A DNA stretch of 62,933 nt, the filler included, from Nemertoderma westbladi (taxonomy: Eukaryota; Animalia; Xenacoelomorpha): assembly GCA_032718475.1 (NCBI GenBank). It is 3 parts of 3 records of this genome, joined end to end, with 100 filler letters (N's around TTAATTAATTAA, not from the genome) between each part and the next. Parts side by side here need not be neighbours in the genome. Positions count along the whole stretch, not along the records: positions 25,882 to 55,276 come from JAUCBJ010000965.1; positions 55,377 to 62,933 come from JAUCBJ010000265.1; 1 more part is not named here. One strand, written 5' to 3'. Numbering within the stretch: position 1 is the stretch's first letter; the number at the start of each line of letters is the position of its first letter. Under the pieces are notes generated by a model. The model had not been told where the DNA came from. It did not search any database and saw nothing but the letters and a program-made list of their open reading frames with translations. Shown piece by piece: positions 52,689 through 62,933 of this stretch. The translations under genes were made by a program, and so were the position numbers.

Positions 52689-53145
52689 TTAAAGGGCGAT
52701 GGAAGAATTCAATTCAAATTCAAATTTATTCAAACAAACAAACATTTAAAATCTAATATATAGCCTATACCAGGACCCATAGCCAGCCACATATCTTACA
52801 TAACCAGAATATTTCTAGTTGCAATTAAGTAATATTAGTTAATATAATCAGGGGGCTGGATTGAGTCGGTAACTACGGTAGATGGTTATTAATGTATGAA
52901 GTTTGTTTGTTTCAGGAGAACAGCAAAATAGCAGTGCTAGTGACTAGCTGTCCACCTGGTAAAAATGCTGGATATAAATATTGACGTTAGATTTATTATT
53001 TATATTCTTATGTTTATGAGGGGGGGGGGGGGGGGGGGGGGGGTGGTGGTGCATGGACTTGGATTGTGGATTATGCTTAAATTATAATTAGATTTAAAAT
53101 TAGAATTACATAAATACATATTTTACGTTCAGAGTGCCAGAGCGA

Positions 53146-53829
53146 CTCGCCCGGGTGAGACAAAAATGAAGCATGACCCCGCGCCCGGGTGAGACAAAAA
53201 TGAAGCGTGACCCCTCGCCGGGTGAGACAAAAATGGAGAGTGACCCCTCGCCGGGTGAGACAAAAATGAAGCGTGACCCCTCGCCGGGTGAGACAAAAAT
53301 GGAGAGTGACCCCTCGCCGGGTGAGACAAAAATGAAGCGTGACCCCTCGCCGGGTGAGACAAAAATGAAGCGTGACCCCTCGCCGGGTGAGACAAAAATG
53401 AAGCGTGACCCCTCGTCCGGGTGAGACAAAAATGGAGAGTGACCCCTCGCCCGGGTAAGACAAAAATGAAGCGTGACCCCTCGCCGGGTGAGACAAAAAT
53501 GAAGCGTGACCCCTCGCCCGGGTGAGACAAAAATGGAGAGTGACCCTTCGCCCGGGTGAGACAAAAATGGAGAGTGACCCCTCGTCGGGTGAGACAAAAA
53601 TGGAGAGTGACCCCTCGCCGGTGAGACAAAAATGGAGAGTGACCTTGCCGGGTGAGACAAAAATGAAGCGTGACCCCTCGCCGGGTGAGACAAAAATGAA
53701 GCGTGACCCCTCGCCGGGTGAGACAAAAATGAAGCGTGACCCCTCGCCCGGGTGAGACAAAAATGGAGAGTGACCCCTTCGCCGGGTGAGACAAAAATGA
53801 AGCGTGACCCCGCGCCCGGGTGAGACAAA
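53146..53829. repeat. 33-34-bp GC-rich minisatellite, ~20 copies, two interspersed variants
   Basis: GGGTGAGACAAAAATG[AAGC|GAGA]GTGACCCCTCGCC units. Confidence 0.95.
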
Positions 53830-55276
53830 TAATTGAGCGTGAATACTTGAGAAGAATACTTGGGCTAACATAAAACCCATTTTTTATTCTCGGGGCAATC
53901 GAGCAGATGGCATATTGTCTTCATTCGGCGAATGATTAGAAGAGTTCTTACAATATTTAGAGTGGAACCCATGGATGGTAAATCGAGTGTAATACATGTA
54001 ACATGTAACCCTTTAACTATTTACAATTATGATAGCTGAGCTGTAAAATAGGCAGAGACATATAAAAAAAAGTCCGAAACATCATCAAGTTAATCTTATC
54101 TGCAAAACAAACCTTTCTAAAAAATTTCAACATAACTAGTATAATAAGCTTATAATAATACGCAGTGTCATTTATGTTTTCTGGGAATAAACATAAAACA
54201 AAATCAAATACAAAAAAAAACAAATATTGTAATCGTCAATTTACATTTTCTCACTCTTTCAATCCTTCGATATCAATGTCATCCACACAACCACAGCTTT
54301 GGATACCCTTCGAAATGGATTCTACGTAAAATTTTACATATATAGCGGAAAAAATGATGCTTTCCTCACCTTGATATGACGTGATTGACGTGATATGGAT
54401 ATTTTTTAACCCTAAGCCACCTGACTATAAAGCCTACATAACATACATTACATAACATATGGATTCTGTATCATTAATGAGACAATGCAAATCTAATGTT
54501 ATAACAAGCCCAGCATCACCCTCCAGAAACTGTAATGATTAATTGACATTGGATATGTGCGATATTATGATCCCTGTAATTGTTTTGTTTGTTTTTTATT
54601 TATTTCTATATCCAAAATAATGGACCAAGATCGCTTATTATCATCAGATTAAGTATCTGAAATAATATCCACGAAGCTAAGGAAAATCAACTACTTTCGC
54701 TAAGAAAGATTTTCCTTAGCTGAGATGGTCTATTCATAGTGGGCTATTTTACTTGTGTGAGGCAGATTTGGGGTTTTTTGATAGGCGAAAAAACTAGCCT
54801 TTAAAAGTACCCTGAAATTTTGCATGTATATACTACTCGACGAGGCGCATCTTTTGGGCCGGGTCTCATATCCAGGAAAAATCTGGTTTCCATGGCAACG
54901 GACTTCAAAAAAAGTCTATGTATTTCAAGTCAATATTTATAACTCTATTTGTAGGAAAACTATAATAGATATAAACTTGGGGTTTCGCAACACAACTATA
55001 AGGTCCATAGCAGATCCGATTGAGGCTAAATAGAAAATCCAGTTACCTTGGCAACCGGGATAAACAGATGTTAAAATTTATAAAATGTTAATTTGAAGCC
55101 TAAGGGCAAGGTGTTATGACTTGGGACCAACCCCTACCCCCACTATATAACTTATTCTGCATCCGAATTACATTGTTCTATTTTTCAGTTACCATGACAA
55201 CCGCTGAAAACAGATGTTTTTATTCAAAACTTATTCATTTGGACATAGACTTCACGATAAAATTTTACAAAACTGG

Positions 55277-55376
55277 NNNNNNNNNNNNNNNNNNNNNNNN
55301 NNNNNNNNNNNNNNNNNNNNTTAATTAATTAANNNNNNNNNNNNNNNNNNNNNNNNNNNNNNNNNNNNNNNNNNNN
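55277..55376. other. Artificial gap/linker N44-TTAATTAATTAA-N44
   Basis: Same structure as 25782-25881. Confidence 0.95.
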
Positions 55377-55899
55377 AAATAGATACTACAGTATATCTTC
55401 ATCTCTCCGTTTATAAATTGCCTTCCTCTTTGGCTATAAATAACCATCCATTTGTTTCTCTTTTGGCTGTAAATAGCGCCGTATTCTACATCGCTCTATA
55501 CAAAAATAGGCACATATTCATTGTCCCACGTATGCAAGCAAGCAAATGTTCCAGGGCAGTTGATCAAACCATTGTATCCCCTTCACAGCAGTTTCTTCTG
55601 CAGTTAATCTGCCATAAAAGTATGTGGGATTTACTTCACTTCACATTCATCTGACTTTCTATGGGTTTAAATACCCATTCTTCATCACTTTAATTATTTA
55701 AATTAATTATATAATATTACTTAATTTATCGTATCACTCATACTTCATTCTGTATATCATATTTCATGTCATTGTAATAATCACATGTCATCGTATATCT
55801 TTAAATAATATAATATATATACATATATATTTATAGACAAAAATGCAACAATGAAACTAAATAAACTATTAAACACAAATGCTCAAATCAAATTACCAA

Positions 55900-58380
55900 A
55901 TGATATAATATAAAGATTCACAACACTTAAATACTATATTTTTGTCCAATATTTACTTTAAATCCAAAATATTCAAAATTTTTGTAACTAAATTAGCAAC
56001 AACCTCAGGTTTACACCTCATAAAATCCGATAAGTTACTATTACATGAGAACTGTGACCTTACTTTACTGGTCATGGGACACTCGAATAATACATGTTAC
56101 AGACCCATTTACAGAAACAGACCCTATCTTTGTGTGGTGTTCTACTCCACCTACCCATTTCTATTCTTAATTTGTGTGAACTCAACCTAAATCTACTAAA
56201 ATTAACTCGCATATTATCTGGTATATAAACACTGTTGACTCTATAAATAACATGAACTTCTAACATTGGATTAATTTCTACAGAAGTTCTAAATTTACTC
56301 TGCGATACTGCTTTCCTATGTATATCTTTACATTTTCTTATTTTTATCTTTTCATTTTACATTTGTTATTCGGTGTTGAATAACCATATTATTACCATTA
56401 TCTAATAATAATTTATTGAGATACCTATAACAAGGGCTATTAACTTCTTTTCACAACTGAAACGCTATAATAGCGGATCCTCAATGTCCCATATTTTTGA
56501 TTGCCTGGAAATAGATTTCTTAATGTTAGTATCAATTATTGTTTCCGCATCTACTAATCCTACTGTAATTCTGTCAAACAAAGGTGTTGTACATTAGGTG
56601 TTGTAATACGCACATTCAATAACATTTTAACTAGCTTTAAATACATTAATGATATTTCATTTCTTCACTACTATAAATCCATGTATCACTCGATTAAAAT
56701 ATTGTAGCCAAAAGTGGGCTTTCAAAAACTTTCCTCTTAAACACGAAAGGCATATTAGTATTAGTTTCGCAGAATGCAGCGAATTTACGTACATGTTTTT
56801 CGCACTCTTTGATGCGCAGCTTTATAGCTGTCGATATTTTACCATCCTGAGTAAACTGAGCGCCTAAATACATATATGATTCCGTATTCGTAACCAAAAC
56901 ATTGCCTACTAGAAAAGGTTGTCTGTCTATAACTGAACCATTAATTACCATAAATTTAGTTTTTGTTTCATTTATTGACATATTGTAATCCGCACAAAAT
57001 CTCCTGAGTATATCCCATTTCTTTATATACTGAGATCTGGATTCTGCAAGTACTGTAGTGTCATCCATAAATTTATATGTAAATTGCTTCAAGTATGTAT
57101 TAGGTTCTAATAAAGTATTAAACAACTCTACAAGTATATCTATATAAAGAGTAAACAAAAATGGGCTAGTTGGCGCTCCTTGTTGAACCCCCAAATTAAA
57201 TTGAAATTCAATATTGTTGATCTTAAACCACGTTACTTTATACAAAACCATTATTGCATTCACCATATTCAAACCACAGCCTAGGGCAACCAATCTAGCT
57301 ATCAACTTAACTCTAGATATTTTATCGTATGCTTTAACAAAATCAACGTAAACAATAAACAGATTAATCTTTTTATGCACCGCGTAATCTATTAATAACC
57401 TTAACCCTATAATTTGTTCGTAGCAAGATCTACCTTTTTGTCCACCGGCTTGCACTCTACTAGGAGTTCTCCAACCCATCAACCTAGCCGCTAATATACA
57501 GTATAATCATACTAATGAAATTACTCACTGAAATGCCACGATAATTATCACAATTACTAGAATCGCCTCGTTTATAGAATATAGTTAGCTTACTTATAGT
57601 CCATTCTACAGGAATATAACCGATTCTAAAAACAGCACTAAGTATTAGAGATACAAAAATAACAAAATTTATGGACAGATTCTTTAATAAAACTGGTGCT
57701 ACACCCGTGGCACTTCTATTTGCATTCAACGATTCCAGTGCCTCGTGTACTTCCATTGGGGTAATGGGATCGTCGAGGTTAGGGATATAAGGGTAACTTA
57801 ATGTTTCAACTGAGTCTACTGAATCAGTGCTAGGATCATTTAAAAGATTTATGAAGTGATCTTTAAATTCGCAATCCGTTGGATGTCTATCTGTTACAGT
57901 GGAATCTATACAGCCTTTCCAATTGATGGACTTCCAGATAGATTTCGGATCCTTGTTCCGCAACAATTCATGATTGTAATCCCCTATCCCACCTATCTGG
58001 CTGTTGTTTATATTCTCCCAATTTACTTTATATCGTTGAATTGATTCGGTACCCGCATCTGTACAAGCGTTTTGTAGCTGTTCAAACACGGAATCTATGG
58101 AATTTCTCTCTGCTAACACATTAAGAAACTGAGTTACAGAATCATCTAGTCTTTGTCTGTATCGTTGCTTATCAAAGGTAGCAGCATCACGAGGAAGGTG
58201 CACTCCTGGGAATTTGTTAAACCCGTGAACACTAACAGGTGTATACCGATTGATCTAAATCATTCGATATGTTTACAGAGGGACATCCAATCATGATTAC
58301 CTAGTAGACATACCAACAACTCGATAGGTGCGTGATCAGACGGTAGGCTTACATCTTGGTTTACTTTGAATTCCACATGG
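55900..58380 (-). mobile_element. Decayed LINE ORF2 (CR1/L2-group-like): APE end, RT and C-terminal Cys/His region
   Basis: SDHAPI (~58330), NYRGIS, YVDFVKAYD, GVQQGAPTSPFLF, FMDD, YLG, RLSSHKLRIEMGRW...C.C. Split by frameshifts. Confidence 0.9.
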
Positions 58381-58679
58381 CCTTTGATACATCATTATTT
58401 CATTCATCATATCACGTCAGCTATCATCATCACACTTTAATTTAATTTAGCTGGATTCTTCCAAACTTAAATGTAACTATAGTTTTCTTAAATAACTTGT
58501 GTAAATACATATAATTCTATCCTAGGGCCTAATATGAATATCGTAGTTTATTTTACTACTTTATCACTTTATTTTACTACTAACGGGTATACGTCAGAAT
58601 TTTTATTTTCCCCATACACCGTTTCTAATTTTAGGCTTTTATTGAGCCTGATCCAATAAACAGCACTTGTTTAGTGGTC

Positions 58680-58890
58680 TCAGAATGGTTTTCTTGTCAC
58701 TCTTTACTGTTCTTAGTTCTACTGTTCTGACATGTCCGTCTCTCCTGGTCTTTATAGCAACCATCATGAGCTAATATTAAGTCGAACTTCTTCAATATGT
58801 CGTCCATCACAATGACTACATCATTCACTCTGAGGTCTTGTTTCTCTGTATTCCTTGCCTCTTTATGTAGATTGGGGAGGTACACTTGGC
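58680..58890 (-). mobile_element. BEL/Pao LTR-retrotransposon integrase C-terminal remnant
   Basis: YLPNLH...DLRVNDVVIVMDD matches the EYLPxL...LxxGDxVLV pattern of the BEL/Pao polyprotein end. Confidence 0.55.
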
Positions 58891-59269
58891 TGCTGTCAGC
58901 TGATCACTGATTGCATGCAATGTCTAGGTCCTGTTACTTTTTAGTTTTTTACATACTTTGGTACTAACACACCTACGGGGAGGTTTTTTACTTAACGTGC
59001 TTGATAATAAATAAATATAATTATTAATTATTATCATTACTGGGATTTACACAATTATTTTGGCCCAATATAATCAGCCGTTAATATTCGAGTACTGTCC
59101 TGCTGTCAGTACTGTAGGCCTACTATGCTAGGCCTACTGGCATAAATATTCCTGTACTGACTGGAACTGGACTGACTGACAGTTTGATTAAATATTTCTC
59201 AATTCTACAACCCCTGGCAGCCTGAGACTACAGGACTATCTACGACCCTTTGGGCCCCTAGCCAGATAT

Positions 59270-60580
59270 CCTCCGAAATTTACCCAAGCCATTACGCGCG
59301 ACTGGAAAGACATCGGTGATTCGATTATTGAAACTTTGAATCACCTTAGGGAAGAGTTGGAAGCGATGTGGGCTGAAACCAGACAAATCCCGAGTTTAAT
59401 TTCCGAGATAAAAGACCTGCGAAACGAAAATAAGAATCTGAAACAGGACAATGACGACTTGGCTCATATCCCATATACTCTATATGGTCTCCCAGAAATA
59501 GCGAATGAAGGGGTACCGTAGAGGCCACCGCTGTCCATGAAGTAATAGAATCCCTAAAGATATCAGGATATCCTTCGACAAAGTGGATGTGTTCGCTTTA
59601 AATAGAACATAGAAATTAACTACGCCTAAAAAATAGCTGTCTGTACAGGTGATACTGTAGAGACTATTACAGACCCAATGCGTATTGTTACTATTCTTAA
59701 TAATCATTTCGCTTCTATCGGACTAAAACTCAAAGACAATATTCCAATATCTACTCACTCACCCCTGCATTATATAAATAATACTCGTTCTAATTCTTTC
59801 TCACTAATAGAAACCTCCCCGGTCGAAGTCCAATACCATCTACTTCACCTAGACCCTAAGTCCGCCACTAATGACACCTTTCCAACAAAACTAATAATAC
59901 AAGCATCTGAACCTCTTTCTATTCGATTGAACTATGTAATTAACCTATCTATTACTCAAGGCTTCTTTCCAGACTCATTAAAATACGCTAAAATTATTCC
60001 ATCTTTTAAAGGGGGTGAACCAACCGACGCCAATAAATATAGACCAATCCTTCCACTTCTATCCAAAATATATGAAAAAATTATAAATTCTCAACTAGAA
60101 TCCTATTTTGTAAATACTATACTCTCTCAAAATCTCAATACGACTTTCGACCAAAAACTTCTACAAGTCATGCCCTGCTAGCTGTTCTAGAACACATCTG
60201 GAAATCATTAGATGATAATAATTCTACATGTGCTATATTTATTGATCTAAAAAAGGCCTTTGACGCCTTGAATCATAATATCTTATTATCTAAACTGGAA
60301 TCATATGGTGTCAGAGGAATTCCCAATAAATTAATACGTAGCTTTCTCACTATCAGGATGCAATAAGTAACTATAGGAACCTGCACATCTCCACCTGAAC
60401 AGTTAGTCTGTGGAGTCCCTCAAGGAGCGGTTTGTTCACCCCTTCTGTTCCTACTCTACATCTACGATCTACTGATGCTAATATTCATAATCTAATTTCT
60501 AACTCTTTTACAGAACTAAATAAGATAGCAGATTGGCTAATAGCTAATAGGTTATCTCTTAATTTGAAGAAAACAGGGAT
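59270..60580 (+). mobile_element. Internally deleted CR1/L2-like LINE (ORF1 coiled-coil remnant plus RT fragments)
   Basis: Coiled coil plus YGLPE. Then NNHFASIG, LKYAKIIP, YRPI, LSKIYEK, FIDLKKAFD, YGVRG, GVPQG, WLIANRLSLN. Confidence 0.85.
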
Positions 60581-60784
60581 ACAAATTAAAATTGAGCGAC
60601 TGTATCACAAAATCAGTATTTGAGAAATTCACCCACACCGCCAATCAATCAAAGAAAGGGGGACAGTACGTGTTCAGCCCTTTTAATCTACACCCCCCCC
60701 CCCCCCCCCTTCCCACCCACCAATACATAACCGCGACATCTACCACCCACGGGGTGGAAGGGTAGCACGAACTTATTTACAATC

Positions 60785-61245
60785 GCACGTTCAATATGCA
60801 AAGCCAGGTGGTTTATAGGAATATAATAAACGCAGTACTCGTCTTCATTATAAGCCTCGTTGCGTTCGTCCTGTTTTGTATTTAAATATATTTCTTAAAC
60901 GCAGGCTGACGATCTTTATAATAATAATAACTAGGGATGCGTTCAATATGTGAAGCCAAGTGGTTTATATAATAATAATAGTCAATGCAGTACTCGTCTT
61001 CATTATAAGTCATGTTGTGCTCGTCCTGTTTTGTATTTAAATATATTTCTTAAACGTAGGCTGACGATCTTTATAATAATAATAACTAGGGATGCGTTCA
61101 ATATGTGAAGCCAGGTGGTTTATATAATAATAATAGTCAACGCAGTACTCGTCTTCATTATAAGCCTCGTTGTGCTCGTCCTGTTTTGTATTTAAATATA
61201 TTTCTTAAACGAAGACTGACGATCTTTATCATGCGTTCAATAGGC
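60785..61245. repeat. ~155-bp tandem repeat, 3 copies
   Basis: CTAGGGATGCGTTCAATATG at 60931 and 61086. CAGTACTCGTCTTCATTATAAG occurs three times. Confidence 0.9.
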
Positions 61246-62933
61246 GAAGCCTGGTATGGTTTTGGTTTATAGGAATATAGTCTACGCAGCAATAGTCCTC
61301 ATGAGCCCGAGTTATAGTGTGGCAATGTAGATGCAGTAGTTGCACCCGACCAGCCGGAAACTCGGAGCAATAGGCCTACTGCTTGCACAATGCGTGTCAA
61401 TTTCAACACCGCCGGGCACTGGTTGATGGCAGAGTGAGATTAAAAAACCGGATTACATCCTCGGTTACGGTTAGTCCAGTTTGCCCGTAGCGGCAGCGAT
61501 ACCGAAAGTCGAGGTCAACAGACAGAGGCGGCCTTGGTGGTGAGTTATTTGATTTCAATTCCAACACTTTTCTGGGCAGCTGGGTAGACTCTGGTAGTGG
61601 GTACCTGAACTTAGAATGCCGGTCAGCTGGTTAGTCCGCATAACTTCCATTGTTGCAGTTGCCGAGTCGATGGATGGTTGGTAGGGGTAAGCCTATTGCT
61701 ATTGTTGTATTGGCAGATTGATATGTCTGTATGTACATGTACATCTGATTATACCAGTTGCCGGCACCATCGGTGGTACCAATACATAGTCTTTAATTAA
61801 CATATTTAACCGTTAACAAGAGCAGAAACCATAAACGAAGAAATTCATTTTTTTTGTCGCTGACAGGATCGTAGAAATGCGGTATAGTGCTGTCGTAGTT
61901 CAGTACCGTACCGGTCAGCCGGTAGTTCTGTAGTTGGCAGTTCAGCAGTTGCTACCAGTCCGGTTATACTTCTACAGTCTGACAGTAGTCAGGTAGTAGG
62001 GCGGTACGGCGGGCGGCGCCAACGGACCCTCTAATCTAATTCAGGACCGCAGTCCACCAACAGTCCGGAGTCCGCACTGCATGGCTAATTAGGGCCTACA
62101 GAATTAGGCCTGTCCTGTAGTACAAGTATACGTGATCTATAATGACTGAACCGGTACCGCGGTACCAGTCAGCCAGTACCGTAAAACACTGAATACAGTA
62201 TGGCTGTATGGTATTGCAGTATTGCTGTATTGTCTGATTACAGGATTCCTGATTCAGGGATTGACATTGAGTATAGTACCGGTACAGGCAGACAGGCAGA
62301 CAGGCCCCAATGGCATTACTGTAATTTCTTAATTTGCCTGCAGCCGGTTCCACCAACTCTCACTAACCGCTTAGTGTTAGTGCTAACTGCTTAGTGCCAC
62401 TAACCTGAGCCACCCTTATCACTTAGCCTGTTCCACCAAGCTCACTAACTATAAGTGCCACTAACACGTTAGTGTGATTTGCTTAGGGACCTCTAGATAT
62501 CCCTAAAAGCTACACTAACTGCTGAATTTACTTTTGTTGGTCGGATATTATTACTTGCGATTGATTACAAATATATTTCATATTTGTTTTGATTGAACCC
62601 TATCATACTGTATGTACTGTATGTACACCACTTTACATACATTATTTCCACTTTACATGTATACATTTTACTTTATACACTTTACTATACTATACTATAC
62701 ACTTTTTATTTTCGAAGGTGTCAATTTTACTTAAATGAAAATTTGTTATTATTTATTATTAAATATTTATTTACAATTTACTTACTATTTATTTTATAAA
62801 TTATATTACTCGTTAGTCGTAACTGTTATTTCGTCCCCATATTGACACAAAAAAATAACAAAGGAAATCCATTTATATATGATTAGGTATAATTATTCTC
62901 AAAACTATCTTGCATCGCCCAACAATTATCCTG

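Noticed and set aside
53077-53880. Overlapping 220-270-aa ORFs
   Set aside because: Open in all three minus-strand frames because of the 33-bp repeat, with no coding signature.

Overview
AT-rich, repeat-dense animal genomic DNA, probably from an invertebrate. It is three segments joined by artificial N44-TTAATTAATTAA-N44 spacers (25782-25881, 55277-55376), so adjacency across the spacers is not guaranteed. Two host genes are supported. The first is a Roc-COR (ROCO) GTPase with a Cys/His-rich segment and two C-terminal CARD/death-fold-like domains (about 4695-8116). A roughly 39-bp minisatellite follows it, then a diverged duplicate of the whole COR-end/Cys-His/CARD-CARD module (9190-10036). 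The second is an intronless class A GPCR most like the urotensin-II receptor, with several degenerate activation motifs (29554-30741). The rest is decayed LINEs (CR1/L2- and RTE-like), a BEL/Pao remnant, tRNA-derived SINE pieces, many TIR/foldback non-autonomous DNA transposons and minisatellites. The most unusual unexplained signal is at 187-987: six copies of a GC-rich unit of about 84 nt. On the minus strand each folds into a UUCG-capped hairpin with a box C/D-type kink-turn, and the helices co-vary between copies. This suggests an undescribed structured-RNA array in an LTR-like element.
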